Source of the DNA: a virus
Lineage: Duplodnaviria > Caudoviricetes
Direction: 5' to 3' (one strand)
DNA length: 64,000 nucleotides
IMG/VR virus record: IMGVR_UViG_3300031760_000002
Span: 32,001-96,000 of that record
In this document: one piece after another, positions 48,881-59,636 of the stretch
How the letters are laid out: every line of letters starts with the position of its first letter
Position numbering within the stretch: position 1 is the first letter of the stretch
The notes under the pieces: model-generated
What the model was told of the DNA's origin: nothing
Databases searched by the model: none
Seen by the model: the letters and a program-made list of their open reading frames with translations, nothing else
Program-made: the position numbers and the translations under genes

Positions 48881-49363
48881 TCATCTCTCCAGACTCATGG
48901 CCTTGCCGGATACCGTCACGGTAACCGTATTGAACTCGGTCTCGTACGTGGACACTGACAGGCTCAGTATGATCCCCTTGATCATCACTCCGTTTCCGAA
49001 CATCACATCTATGGTATTGGCGTACTTGGAAACCTTTATGTCGTTGTACGCCCCGACAAGCTCGCTAAGAGAATTTCCAGGCTTGAACTTGTCGTCCTTC
49101 ATGCACTTCTCGCCGAGAAACGTTATATACGTTATCGAAAACCCGGACTGCTCCGGATCGTGGCCGAACGCGTAGATATGGTTTACGTCGTTGAAGCACT
49201 GTATGATGGAATTCTTTTCGCTGTCGCTGAACGAAAAATTGGAAACAAGGGTGTTCTTGATGGTTGCCGTGTCCATGCCGGGTATGTAGACCATGCTGGC
49301 ACCAATGTAGGCGTCCCTCTGTATGTGGAAGGACCCTCTGACGACTCCGAATATCTTTGACAT
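48881..49363 (-). CDS. putative tail tube initiator (tube-fold) protein
   Basis: Beta-rich, HIYAFG motif; directly after tape measure. Confidence 0.55.
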   Translation of the reverse strand: MSKIFGVVRGSFHIQRDAYIGASMVYIPGMDTATIKNTLVSNFSFSDSEKNSIIQCFNDVNHIYAFGHDPEQSGFSITYITFLGEKCMKDDKFKPGNSLSELVGAYNDIKVSKYANTIDVMFGNGVMIKGIILSLSVSTYETEFNTVTVTVSGKAMSLER

Positions 49364-49372
49364 GCAAACCCC

Positions 49373-52300
49373 CTATAGTCTAACCGTCTTGTCCTGTCCG
49401 GTGGTCTTCATGGTAGATATGAGCTCGTCGAGCCTTCCGCAAAGGGCGTCTATCTTTGCCCCGGACACGCCGGAACCGTCCCTTCCTTGACGGGTCGACG
49501 AGACTCCCGTAATCCTAGACTGCGCGCCTTCCATCGCTTCACCGTTTCCTGTAGCGTAGTCGACCGCCGCGACACCCATTCCAAGCGCGTTTGACAATAT
49601 GCTGTCATCACCGAACAGACCGTCGGACGCCCCCTTTAGAAGCCTGAACGGGGACGACAATATGGCGCCGGCCCAGTTTCTCTCGCCCTTCTTGCCTGAA
49701 TGGTACCACGTCTCATCGGACTGCCCGGTCGACGCCGCCGCCGACGCGTCTTCCGGTCCGGAAACCGTTCCGCCGATGGCCTCTACTACCTTCTTTATCG
49801 CCTCCTGGAACTGCTCGACCGTCGTTCCGGCCGCCTTGAGTGCTTCGGCGAACTTGGTTGGATCGTTGTTCTGGAACGCCTGAACTATCTTCTCAAGGTC
49901 GCTCATTGACGCGGATTCCGCCTTCTTCTCGTACTCCCGCATCTCCTTCCTGGCCTTGTCGCGCTCCTCCTCGGAAATGTTCGTGTTCTGGCTCTTCTCG
50001 ACCGCTTCCGCATAGGCCAGCTGATCGTCCCTGTTCATGCCGGCCATCTTCTTGCCCATGTCGCCGTACCCGGCAACCCTGTCTATCAGGTCCTGCTCCT
50101 TGTCCGACTTCGCCATGAGCTCGTCTATCTTGGCCTGGGCCTCCTCCTTCTCCTTCCTTGATTTTTTAGGATCGTTCAAAATGGCCCTGTTGTCGGCAAG
50201 CACCTTCTGGTCATCCTCGGACAGCCTCGACACGGACTCGTTGTAGATCTGGTCCGTCGTCCTGTACGACCCCTTCAACGAGCGCTGCAGGACTTTCTGG
50301 CTGCTTTCGTCGAGGCTTCCGGCTATCTCGTTGAACAGGGCGTACGCCTCCTCGCCCTTGCCCTCCTTCATCAATTTGTCGAACTGGTCCCGCTTCTTCG
50401 CTATCTCGGCCATGTCGATCTTGCCGCCATCCTTCGTACGGAACGTATCGCCGTACTGGGTTATGGTGTCGAACATCGAATTGGACGCCTGCGAAAGTGC
50501 GGACCTCGTGAGGGTTCCGTCCTCCGAAACGGCGCCGACGCTCTTGAGGAAATCGTTGCCCTCCAACGCGAACCTGTTTCCGTTCTCGTCCTTGAAATAC
50601 TCGAGATCCCTCAAGGCGGAGAACCTTGACGCGGCCCTTGTGTCCTCTATCTTGTTCCTGTTGTCGTCTGACAGGAGCTTGTCGTAGCCCTTTGCCGTGA
50701 AATTCTCGGCAGCAACCCTCCTTGCCTCCTCGTCCGACATTCCTTTGTCCTTCGCCGCCTGGAACTCCCTCTGCATCATCTCCCTGGCCGCAGACGCACC
50801 TTCGTCCATGTTCTCTCCGCCGGTCATGCCTTCGAGCTGGTCCATTATGGCCTGGTAGTCCCTTCCTCCGACGGCGTTGTCTATCTCCGATACGGATACA
50901 CCGGATTCCTGCAAAGCCATCTCGAGCCTTCTCTGCTTTGCGTTCCGTCCACCCTCCCTCAGCATCCTGGAATCCTCGGCCTGCGCCATCTGTACGCCTA
51001 GCTTGCCGGCGCTGTCCCTTTCCTGGTCAGTAAGCTTGGACGCATATTTGGCAAGCATCTCCGGATCGTTCGCTATCTCCTCGTAAAACTCCTCCGACCC
51101 GAAACCAAGCTTGGCCAGTCTCTTCTTGGCCTCAAGAAAATCCTCCCTGCGGCCCGTCTTTGCCATATCGACGATTTCTGAAAGCTGGTCCTCGTTCCCT
51201 GCAAACGCCCCGTTTTTCTTCGCAACCTCCAAAAGCGTGGCAAACGCGCTTCCCTCGGACTGGCCGTAAGACGCGGCGCGCGAGACCTGGGCGTCCATGA
51301 GATCCGCCTTGTCGTTCGTCGACCCGCCCAATGAAAACAGCTGTCGGGCGAACATGTTTTGGAAATTGAGAGCCGTCGCCCCGCTTACGCGGGATCCGAG
51401 CCTAGAGCCACCTCCGAGCGCCCCGTTCACCTCCATCAGCTGGGTTCCCATTATTCTGGGATCTATTCCGGCCATCGTTCCTAGCAGCTTTATCTCGTTG
51501 ACCTGGTCGTGAACCCTGTCTGCCACGGCCTTGTCATGGGATCCCTGTCCGTTGGTAAGCTTGTCAAGCGCCGCCTTCGATTCCGTCTCGCTTCCGTAGA
51601 AGTCCTTCAGGGCTGACGTAACGCCCGTGACGGCCTCGACAAGCGGCGTAGCGGCCTTTTCGACCAACCCGTCTATCTCCTTCAGCTGCTTGGCGGCTTC
51701 CTCTAGCCTTTGGTCGGCGTCTTTTATCTCGCTTTCAAGCTGGCTCTGCGCATCCGTATCGCCCCTCTCCTGCGCCTCCTTGTATTTTTCTACGTCCTCT
51801 TTCCTCCTGGCCTCCAGGGTTTTCATCTCGCGTACCACGTTGCCCCTGTTCGTAAGGATGTCGCGCATGTTTCCGGCGGACTGGTCCTTCCCGTCCAGGC
51901 CTTCACCCGTAAAACCGGTCTCCTGAAGCATTTTGTCAAGCGAACCGTTCTGGATGGCGTCGGCTATGATGTTTCCTACCAAAGCCTCGCTGGCACCGTG
52001 CATGTTCTGCCTCTTTACGATGCCGTCGTACATCATGCTGTTCGTGGTCGAACTTATGAGACCCGCTACGGCGTCTCTTTGCGTGGCAACCTGCGAATCC
52101 TTGTCCGTAAACCCGGTAAGCGCATCCAGCATGCCCATAGACCTGGGGGCCTGCTCGTCTCCGAACATGGTTCCGCCATATAGCCCCTGCATGCCGGCCA
52201 CGACACCGAGAGACCGCCCCGTGGCCACATTGGCGCTTGCCCCGCGATCGTACCCCAGAGCCTGGTTTACTATCGGAAGCCCGATCTTGGCGCCGATGTC

Positions 52301-52765
52301 GCTGCCCAGGAACGACATGAGCGCGGACCCATTCTCCTCGCCGAGCGCCGCCTGCGCCAGTTTTCCAAGTACCCCGTCGGTAGAAGTGGCCTTTCTCCAC
52401 CCCTCGGCCTGCGGCTGCCACGAATCGGCAACGGCATGGTTGTAGGCTCTCGTATTCGAGTCCGTAACCATGTTTGAGAATCCGGATCTTCCGCTGTTTC
52501 TCAGCGTAAGATTGGTCTTGAACGGAAACACCATCTGGCCGCTGTCGTCCTCGACCATCATCTCCGGGAACATGGCGCCTATAAGATTGCCTATCGGGCC
52601 AAAAAACGAACTGGACTCGTTTGTAGTGTAGGCAAACGGGTTTGCATCCGGGCCATACCCGTGCGTGGACATTCCCGCATCGTACATGGGACCTGAATAC
52701 CCCTGCGGCTGAGAAGCCCCAAGGATAAGCATATGCAACAGCTGTTCTACCTTTTTTTCGTCCAT
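49373..52765 (-). CDS. tape measure protein
   Basis: 1130 aa, Ala/Gly/Glu-rich and helical; follows frameshifted chaperones. Confidence 0.8.
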   Translation of the reverse strand: MDEKKVEQLLHMLILGASQPQGYSGPMYDAGMSTHGYGPDANPFAYTTNESSSFFGPIGNLIGAMFPEMMVEDDSGQMVFPFKTNLTLRNSGRSGFSNMVTDSNTRAYNHAVADSWQPQAEGWRKATSTDGVLGKLAQAALGEENGSALMSFLGSDIGAKIGLPIVNQALGYDRGASANVATGRSLGVVAGMQGLYGGTMFGDEQAPRSMGMLDALTGFTDKDSQVATQRDAVAGLISSTTNSMMYDGIVKRQNMHGASEALVGNIIADAIQNGSLDKMLQETGFTGEGLDGKDQSAGNMRDILTNRGNVVREMKTLEARRKEDVEKYKEAQERGDTDAQSQLESEIKDADQRLEEAAKQLKEIDGLVEKAATPLVEAVTGVTSALKDFYGSETESKAALDKLTNGQGSHDKAVADRVHDQVNEIKLLGTMAGIDPRIMGTQLMEVNGALGGGSRLGSRVSGATALNFQNMFARQLFSLGGSTNDKADLMDAQVSRAASYGQSEGSAFATLLEVAKKNGAFAGNEDQLSEIVDMAKTGRREDFLEAKKRLAKLGFGSEEFYEEIANDPEMLAKYASKLTDQERDSAGKLGVQMAQAEDSRMLREGGRNAKQRRLEMALQESGVSVSEIDNAVGGRDYQAIMDQLEGMTGGENMDEGASAAREMMQREFQAAKDKGMSDEEARRVAAENFTAKGYDKLLSDDNRNKIEDTRAASRFSALRDLEYFKDENGNRFALEGNDFLKSVGAVSEDGTLTRSALSQASNSMFDTITQYGDTFRTKDGGKIDMAEIAKKRDQFDKLMKEGKGEEAYALFNEIAGSLDESSQKVLQRSLKGSYRTTDQIYNESVSRLSEDDQKVLADNRAILNDPKKSRKEKEEAQAKIDELMAKSDKEQDLIDRVAGYGDMGKKMAGMNRDDQLAYAEAVEKSQNTNISEEERDKARKEMREYEKKAESASMSDLEKIVQAFQNNDPTKFAEALKAAGTTVEQFQEAIKKVVEAIGGTVSGPEDASAAASTGQSDETWYHSGKKGERNWAGAILSSPFRLLKGASDGLFGDDSILSNALGMGVAAVDYATGNGEAMEGAQSRITGVSSTRQGRDGSGVSGAKIDALCGRLDELISTMKTTGQDKTVRL

Positions 52766-52771
52766 GCCGAG

Positions 52772-52800
52772 ATTATATCAAATGCCCGTCTCCAGTTCAA
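52772..52800 (-). promoter_or_regulatory. sigma70-like promoter TTGAAC-N17-TATAAT, leaderless start for tape measure
   Basis: ATG lies 6 nt after the -10 box; no RBS. Confidence 0.65.
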
Positions 52801-52802
52801 TT

Positions 52803-53222
52803 TTACGTCTTCTTTCCGCCGAGGACATGTACCTCCTCCTTCTTGGAAGTGACAAGCCTGTCGTACTCCCTCTGTACCATTTCCGGCGTAAGCGTCTTTT
52901 CAAGCTTCTTGAACAGCCGTACACCGGATATCACTCTCTTGCGTTTCTTGTCCGTCTGCGAGGCTATGTACGGGATTGTGGAGAACAGCCTGTCCTTCTG
53001 CTCGTCAAGCATCCTTTGTGCCTTTGACATCTTCACATGGCTGTTTCCGATTATATTTGACAACGACAGGTATATGCTGGAATTTATGTCCAGCATATCC
53101 CGTGTCTCACGGAATCTATACCTGAGGCTTCGCGACAGGAACGAATGCGGGTGTTCGACCGGTATCCACGTCCCTGTGAGTACGGCTTCCTCTAGACCCC
53201 GGTAGACTCTCCGGGATTCCAA
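52803..53222 (-). CDS. tail assembly chaperone C-terminal extension (gpT-like), reached by -1 frameshift
   Basis: Open -1 frame from slippery site A AAT TTT (53228-53222), continuing FLESRRVYRG... Confidence 0.7.
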   Translation of the reverse strand: MESRRVYRGLEEAVLTGTWIPVEHPHSFLSRSLRYRFRETRDMLDINSSIYLSLSNIIGNSHVKMSKAQRMLDEQKDRLFSTIPYIASQTDKKRKRVISGVRLFKKLEKTLTPEMVQREYDRLVTSKKEEVHVLGGKKT

Positions 53223-54034
53223 AAATTTTCGTCCCCGGCATGCGCTATCATGTTCCAGTACCTGACTTCGAACTCTATTACGCAGTCGGCGCATACGGAA
53301 AACAGCTGTTCCGGCTTTGACCCCCACATGTCCATCTGTTTCTCCCATGCCGGAGGCTCCATCTTCTCTGGAGTCTCAACGAAGTAATACGGAGATGCAA
53401 GTTCCGGGTACTTGACTCCGTTCACCTCCTCTATCTGGGCCGCCACTATGGCCCTCCTGACATAGCTGGAATACAGCTCCCTCGTCGATGTTTCGCCGGT
53501 AATCACCTTCCTTCGTATATACGAAACTATGGCGTTCGTCTCCTCCGCGGTCCTCGACCTGACGACAATCAGCAGCTTTCCTCCGAACTTGGAAAACGTC
53601 TCCCTGTACCTGTCACCGCTTATCAGACACGAAATGAACGCATCCTTGTGCTCCTGGAGTATCGGTATGGAATTGGACGTATCCGGCTTCGACCCATCGA
53701 TCGACGAAGCGGATTCCGACTTCTCCTTGGCTATGGTCGCGGCCTTCAGAAGCGTGTCGTTATCCACGGCGTCCGACACGCTGGCCGAATCCGGCATCTT
53801 GGATGCCTTCTCCGATTCGGACTCCTCCTGCCTGATCTCCTCCTCCGCCTCCCGTACAGCTTCTCGTATGCCCTCCACGAACTCCGGGTTCTCCGGTTTA
53901 TCCGGATCGTCCTCCGCGGCCGGCGAATTCGGCATCGTCGACATCGTCACATCCGACTCGCCGGCCGGATGTTCCTGGTTCAGTACGTCCTTGTCGGACA
54001 GCGTATTTGGGTTTATTACTTCCATTTTGTTCAC
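53192..54034 (-). CDS. tail assembly chaperone (gpG-like)
   Basis: Upstream of tape measure; slippery heptamer near its 3' end. Confidence 0.75.
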   Translation of the reverse strand: MNKMEVINPNTLSDKDVLNQEHPAGESDVTMSTMPNSPAAEDDPDKPENPEFVEGIREAVREAEEEIRQEESESEKASKMPDSASVSDAVDNDTLLKAATIAKEKSESASSIDGSKPDTSNSIPILQEHKDAFISCLISGDRYRETFSKFGGKLLIVVRSRTAEETNAIVSYIRRKVITGETSTRELYSSYVRRAIVAAQIEEVNGVKYPELASPYYFVETPEKMEPPAWEKQMDMWGSKPEQLFSVCADCVIEFEVRYWNMIAHAGDENFWNPGESTGV

Positions 54035-54037
54035 CTG

Positions 54038-56416
54038 TTAAACTTTGAACTCGGACATCTTGTCGATCTTGAGTGATACGGAATCCTTCAACGCCTCCCT
54101 TGGCTTTGAAAACCCTTCCTCTATGTTTCCATCCCCGTACTTTACGAAGTTTCCGTCCGTGATCGGCCCCTTTCCCGGCCAACATTTCGTCCCATATACC
54201 TCCTTCGGCTCAGGCGTATACGGATTTCCTATAGCCATCGGGTCACCCACATCGTGCATGATCTGCCAATACGGCTCGTACAGCGTGAACGTCCCGTTCT
54301 TCTCCCACGGCTCTATTCCGGAGTTCGTCATCGCCTGCACAGCCGTCCTGAACGTGTATACGGCGTTGGCGCACACGTTGTCCCAGGTATACGGGTCCTC
54401 GATGCCGGAATCCTGCAGAATGGACCATATCTCCTTTATCCCCGACATATCCGGAGGAGAGGCGCTGCCGGACCATAGTATGGGAATCTGGTCTCCATTT
54501 ATGATCATGGCGCCGTCTCCTCCCCAAACCAGAGCCGAGTTCGGGGAAAGAAGGCCCGCGAAATTCTCGGTGGCGAGATAGGTGGTCTCCTCCACTATTC
54601 CGGCTACTAGCTTGGCACCCGTCATTATCGTGTTCTTTCCGTTCAGGAACACGTTTCCTTCCCTCGTGCTGCCATCCGGCCCTCCCCACACGAACACATT
54701 GTCCTCGCCGTTTACATAGGCGTTCTTTCCGCTTATCAGGACGCCGGCCGTCTTCGACCTAAGCACGACACCGCCTATAAACGCCGAAGACCCGGCTTCC
54801 GGCGGGGCCGAAACGGCCGGAGGAGACCCTATGGATTCCACCAGTACGCCTCCCGGAGACTCGTTGGATCCGCCGGCCATGGTGAGCAACTTCTTCGCAT
54901 GCACCCTGGTGTCGCCTTCGTCGGAAGACATTTCTGCCGCCCTTACGCCACGGATGACCACGCTGTTCCGGGCTATCGACACGATATCCTTGTTGGCCGT
55001 AGATATTATGTTTCCAGGCGTGCTTATCGTTACGTTCCCGCCGATCATGGTTATCTCGGAGCCCCAGGCGTCACGGATTATGACGCTGCCGTCCTCGCCT
55101 ATGAACACACCGGCCTTCCTTGTGGCGTACTTGGACTGCTCTATTTCGGTAGACCCCATCGGGTCCTTGTCCTGGTCTCCGGGAACATTTACGTCCTTTT
55201 CGTTCTTTACCTCGAAATCCTTCTTCAACTCGTCAAACCGCCTATACATGGTTCTTTGCTCCCATGCCATGCGGCTCGCCTCTGCTATGCCCCTGGAATG
55301 CGGGTCTTCGACCTTGAACGGCCTGAACGGCTCATGCGTGGTTTCCACCTCCCTGTCGCCCTTCGGATCCCACGGCTCCACAAGCCTTTTCGGAATCGGT
55401 ATCTTGGGGTACTTCTCGAGCGATATTCCACCGGTGCTCCTCACCATGATGTTTCCGCCCTGGCTGCCATGTACGCTGACAAGGGTTTCGTCATCCGTTT
55501 TCGGAGTTTCCCTGGCCCTGACGGTGAACCAGCTGAAGATATTGCCAAGGAACCCCTTCCACCATCTGCTCCTCGGCCTGGGCTCCTTTCCTTCCGTATC
55601 CTTGGGAAGTTCATACCTGGGACCCTCCAGCCCTTTCGTGCCGAGAAGTTCGCCCTGGTACGAATAGTTCCTACCCTCCGAAGAAATGTATCCGCCGTCG
55701 TTGAACTCGGATAGCGCCTCGTGGTTGGTCCACTTGGTAAAATTGGTCGACCTGATCTTTATCTCGTCGTCAAGCCTTCCTACGCGAACGAAACTGTTCC
55801 CTCCGGACAATTCGACGTCGAACAGCGTAGTTGTGACGCCGCAATGGTTCTCGTTTATAAGCAGCGAGTCCCCCGGAACGATATCCTGTGGCCTCTCCGC
55901 GTTCGACCACAACCTGCCGGTGTATTCGCTGCCCTTGTACGGTATATAGTACGCCGAATTATCAAGATACGGGTTCTCGAGTTCTCCGCCCGTAGGGTAG
56001 TTCTCAAACAGGCTTACGGGATCCGAGTCGTTTGACGCGAGATGCTGCGACCTCGGGGCGGACCCTATGATCCATCCGCATGCGCTGGACCCCTCCTTCA
56101 TCAGGACGAACACAACGGTGCCTTCGACCGGAATCTCGCCCCTGGATACTCCGAATCCCTGCGATGTCTGCGAAACAAGTATGTTGCACGGCACCTCGTA
56201 CATTCCGACTTTGACGGAGCAGTCATACCCGCCAACGCCGGACCGTATTACTATGCCCTGCTCCACAATGTACGAATTGCGCTTTCCAAGGAATCTCCTT
56301 CCCTCGGATCCGGTAGGATCGTACGAAACCTTGCCTACGCCCGTCGAACCGGCTATCCTCGAAGCGAGGAGATACGGTGTATAGTCTGGATGGTTCTGTA
56401 TCATGGATACGTGCAT
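54038..56416 (-). CDS. putative central spike (gp5/VgrG-like) protein
   Basis: OB-fold-like PVEGTVVFV..WIIGS; beta-helix-like region EDGSVIIRDAWGSEITMIGGNVTISTPGNI. Confidence 0.65.
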   Translation of the reverse strand: MHVSMIQNHPDYTPYLLASRIAGSTGVGKVSYDPTGSEGRRFLGKRNSYIVEQGIVIRSGVGGYDCSVKVGMYEVPCNILVSQTSQGFGVSRGEIPVEGTVVFVLMKEGSSACGWIIGSAPRSQHLASNDSDPVSLFENYPTGGELENPYLDNSAYYIPYKGSEYTGRLWSNAERPQDIVPGDSLLINENHCGVTTTLFDVELSGGNSFVRVGRLDDEIKIRSTNFTKWTNHEALSEFNDGGYISSEGRNYSYQGELLGTKGLEGPRYELPKDTEGKEPRPRSRWWKGFLGNIFSWFTVRARETPKTDDETLVSVHGSQGGNIMVRSTGGISLEKYPKIPIPKRLVEPWDPKGDREVETTHEPFRPFKVEDPHSRGIAEASRMAWEQRTMYRRFDELKKDFEVKNEKDVNVPGDQDKDPMGSTEIEQSKYATRKAGVFIGEDGSVIIRDAWGSEITMIGGNVTISTPGNIISTANKDIVSIARNSVVIRGVRAAEMSSDEGDTRVHAKKLLTMAGGSNESPGGVLVESIGSPPAVSAPPEAGSSAFIGGVVLRSKTAGVLISGKNAYVNGEDNVFVWGGPDGSTREGNVFLNGKNTIMTGAKLVAGIVEETTYLATENFAGLLSPNSALVWGGDGAMIINGDQIPILWSGSASPPDMSGIKEIWSILQDSGIEDPYTWDNVCANAVYTFRTAVQAMTNSGIEPWEKNGTFTLYEPYWQIMHDVGDPMAIGNPYTPEPKEVYGTKCWPGKGPITDGNFVKYGDGNIEEGFSKPREALKDSVSLKIDKMSEFKV

Positions 56417-56447
56417 ATTACAAAAAATGGTTCTACGTAGTCAACAT

Positions 56448-56483
56448 AAAAGATGGGAACCCGGCCATGGACCGGGTTCCCAT
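56448..56483 (-). terminator. rho-independent terminator after tail tube gene
   Basis: GATGGGAACCCGG/CCGGGTTCCCATC stem followed by TTTT. Confidence 0.8.
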
Positions 56484-56502
56484 CATAGGCGGAGCTGGAA
56501 CG

Positions 56503-56946
56503 CTAGCCAACCTGCATCTCGATGCCCACGAACTGGGCCGTCACATCCTCCGTGACGTATGCCTGGGCGGCCTGGCCACCGAAGGCTACGCCGGTGAGGA
56601 TCGTGTTCTTGAGCACGAGCCTTACTCCCGTTGAACTCTTGCACTGGCCGCTGAACGCAACCACCACGATGTCCTTGGGTTCGCAGACGGTGCCGAACGT
56701 ACCCTTGATGTCGTGGTACTTCGAGCTGACGATCGTATTGCACGTAAGCGTGCCGGCACCGTGTTTGACAGCCCAATACACGGTAGACGTGCCGCATTCA
56801 TAGATCGGCTGCGCCTGCTGCTGGTAGTCGACCCGCCACTGCTGGAGCAGCTTGATCGGGTTGCTGTCACCGATCAGGACGCCCTCGCCGGACTCGATGA
56901 ACCCGTCGCCCTTTTCTACGGTAAAGCCGAAAATGTCTTTTGCCAT
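56503..56946 (-). CDS. tail tube protein
   Basis: 147 aa directly after sheath; YQQQAQPIYECG motif; AGGAG RBS. Confidence 0.8.
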   Translation of the reverse strand: MAKDIFGFTVEKGDGFIESGEGVLIGDSNPIKLLQQWRVDYQQQAQPIYECGTSTVYWAVKHGAGTLTCNTIVSSKYHDIKGTFGTVCEPKDIVVVAFSGQCKSSTGVRLVLKNTILTGVAFGGQAAQAYVTEDVTAQFVGIEMQVG

Positions 56947-56987
56947 GTTTTATGTCTCCTGTTGTAGGTTTTTCCGATACGGCCGGG

Positions 56988-59636
56988 CTAGATCTCCAGG
57001 TCGAGGTCGAAGTAGTTAAACGGAACCGGCAGGTTGAGATGAACCTTCGCGTACACATGGTCGCGGTTCACCTCGGACTGGCGCAGCTCCACGATCTCCG
57101 TGCCGTCGGCGATGACCTGCGGTCCGTAGAGGCCCGCGGCCGTGTCGGTCTCGAGGTACGACAGTCCGGTCGACAGCCTGGAACGGATCACGTTGAGAAG
57201 CTCCGGCGTGATGTTGTACTTGCCGATCATCGGAGCGAACAGCTCCGCGAAGTAGTACGAGATCGAGTCGAGGTTCTTCGTGATCGAGAGCTCCGACTTC
57301 ATGAGGTTGCCCTCGCTGTAAGCCGTGGAGATCTGGTGGCGTACGTAGACCTGTGAGCCTGGACGGTCCTGCATGACGATGAAGGTTCCGCCGGCGGCGA
57401 TCGTGTTCAGCTGGTCCCTGGAGTAGGTCTGGTAGACGACCGGGATGTCTCCGATTCCGTTGAGCTCAACGTTGGTGATGGGCTGCTGCGGAAGCACGGA
57501 CGACGCGAGGCCGGCGGCAGCGGCGGCGATGAACTCGCCCGTAAAGGCGATTCCATCGGTCGACGCCACGGACGGGAACACGTTGTACATGCGGCGGGTG
57601 GCCAGCGAGCTGGATATGTCCGCGATGTACTGCACCTGCTGCTCCGGCGTGAGCTTGCGGTAGACCTCGACCTTGAAGTGGTTTCCGGTCTTTCCGTTCG
57701 GGATCATGTCCGGCGAGCAGTAGTCGTTGCCCGTGTCTCCGTCGTCGATCGTTTCGTCCCCGGCGCATTCGTACACCGGCTTCGTCAGCTGGAGCACGCT
57801 GTTGGAGAGGATCTTCTTGACGTAGCGCTCCGTGTAGTGGGGCGTGTCGTCCCAGTCGTCGTCGCTGTTGTCCAGCCAGATCTTGACGACGTCGCCGACC
57901 TTGACGTCCTTGAGGCACTTCACGGTCGTGTTGATCGTGTCGTCGTTTACGTCGTCGTCCTTCATGAACTGGACGAGGTTCGCGCCTTCGGTGTACGGAT
58001 CGCGGTCCTTGAAGACGAACTTCAGGTAGAAGTCGGTCTTGCTCGGGTTGTTCGTCTGGTCGTAGATCGTGTCGGTGGCCGGAGGGGTCTGCGAGACGAA
58101 CCCGACGCGCCACAGCTTGTTCTGGGCGGTGGACATCGACTCGACATGGGCCTTGACCGCATCGATCACCATCTCGTTTCCGGACAGCGGTACGATGAAG
58201 TAGACCTCGTCCGTGAGCGTGGCCTTGTCCAGAACCGCATTGTATCCGGACAGGTCGTCCGTCGGAACGCCGCAGTAGTACACGAGCCTGTCGCCGGAGT
58301 TGAGCGCCGTCATGTAGACGCCAAACGCCAACGGGTTGTCAGGATGGACCGTGCCGAGCGCGTTCTCGACGAGAGCGGCCGACGCGATGGACGTGATGTC
58401 GTCCGAGGCCGCCGTAATGAGATCGCGGTGCTCGACGAACAGCCTCGCGGACAGAACCCTGTACTCCGGGGAAAGACCGGTTGCGGGGTCGGAGGGATCC
58501 CAGTTGGAATACCTCGCCTTGAGGTTGCCCGTGATGACCACGCCGAACACGTCTTCGTCGTTTCCGGCCTCGGTGTCGGAGTAGGAATCCCAGTTCCACA
58601 CATGGCGCACGACGGTCTTCCTCGGGATAAGGACGTTAGAGAACTGTGCGCAGAGCTGGACGGCGCCGAGTATGTCAGTTCCGTCGTCGTTGCTGTCCTG
58701 GTCGTTGCTGTCGCACTCTCCCCTGTCGTACGGATAGACCGGATGGATGGTGTTGTCCTCCTCGGCCTTGAAGAATTCGGTGGTGTACTCCACGGAATAC
58801 TCGTCGTCAGGATCCGCCGGTATGGTCTCGGTGGTCATCGGGAAATCGTCCGGAAGCGTGTCGGCGAGCTGTACGCTGTCGAAGATCCCGCTGTCCTTGA
58901 CGGACTCGAACACCTCGACGATCGTGGACTTGTAGACATGTGGCTTCTCGTCCGTACCCATGTACGGGATCCTGATGGCGTCGCCGGCGTTGATGCTCCT
59001 CGGGAAGTTCTTCATCTGGCCGGGCTTGAGGGCTCCGGTCGGATCGACGTAGCTTCCATCGTAGCTGATGGCGAAGTACGGGGTCAGCTCCTTTCCGCAG
59101 CCGTCGACGCACTTGCCGTCCTCCGGCTTCAGGTAGCAGCGGCACACGTACTTTGTCGCGAATCCACGCTTGTCGCCGGTGAGGGCGTAAGGGAAGCGAA
59201 GCCTGGCGTCGAGGCCGGCCGTCTCCTTGTCGTCCAGGAAGTAGAAGCTTCCGAGGGACGCGAGCTTGATCGTGACCTCGTCGGCGTACACCTTGCTGTA
59301 GTCCGCGTCCGGTACGGTGGCCGAAGCCTGGGCCGGGTACGGGATTACCGGTCTGCTCGAAAGGTTGTCGACCTTGAGCTTCTCGTTCTCGTACGCGTTT
59401 CCGTTCTCGACCGAATACTCGACGTTAGAGGTATCAACAACGGTGCCGCCACCCTCCTGTCCGGACGGATTGACGTAGTCGCCGATGTAGATCTTGGTCT
59501 TCTCATCCGCGACATCGTAGCGGAAGAGCTCGTAGTTGGGGCCGATCACCAATACGTTCTGATTCCTGATGGTATTGAGCTGTACCTCCGAAATCAGTTG
59601 GTTGATCAGGACCTGCGGGACAATGTAGTTAGCCAT
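56988..59636 (-). CDS. tail sheath protein
   Basis: N-terminal YIVPQV, AAAAAGL, ELSITKNLD, C-terminal LPVPFNYFDLDLEI. Confidence 0.85.
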   Translation of the reverse strand: MANYIVPQVLINQLISEVQLNTIRNQNVLVIGPNYELFRYDVADEKTKIYIGDYVNPSGQEGGGTVVDTSNVEYSVENGNAYENEKLKVDNLSSRPVIPYPAQASATVPDADYSKVYADEVTIKLASLGSFYFLDDKETAGLDARLRFPYALTGDKRGFATKYVCRCYLKPEDGKCVDGCGKELTPYFAISYDGSYVDPTGALKPGQMKNFPRSINAGDAIRIPYMGTDEKPHVYKSTIVEVFESVKDSGIFDSVQLADTLPDDFPMTTETIPADPDDEYSVEYTTEFFKAEEDNTIHPVYPYDRGECDSNDQDSNDDGTDILGAVQLCAQFSNVLIPRKTVVRHVWNWDSYSDTEAGNDEDVFGVVITGNLKARYSNWDPSDPATGLSPEYRVLSARLFVEHRDLITAASDDITSIASAALVENALGTVHPDNPLAFGVYMTALNSGDRLVYYCGVPTDDLSGYNAVLDKATLTDEVYFIVPLSGNEMVIDAVKAHVESMSTAQNKLWRVGFVSQTPPATDTIYDQTNNPSKTDFYLKFVFKDRDPYTEGANLVQFMKDDDVNDDTINTTVKCLKDVKVGDVVKIWLDNSDDDWDDTPHYTERYVKKILSNSVLQLTKPVYECAGDETIDDGDTGNDYCSPDMIPNGKTGNHFKVEVYRKLTPEQQVQYIADISSSLATRRMYNVFPSVASTDGIAFTGEFIAAAAAGLASSVLPQQPITNVELNGIGDIPVVYQTYSRDQLNTIAAGGTFIVMQDRPGSQVYVRHQISTAYSEGNLMKSELSITKNLDSISYYFAELFAPMIGKYNITPELLNVIRSRLSTGLSYLETDTAAGLYGPQVIADGTEIVELRQSEVNRDHVYAKVHLNLPVPFNYFDLDLEI

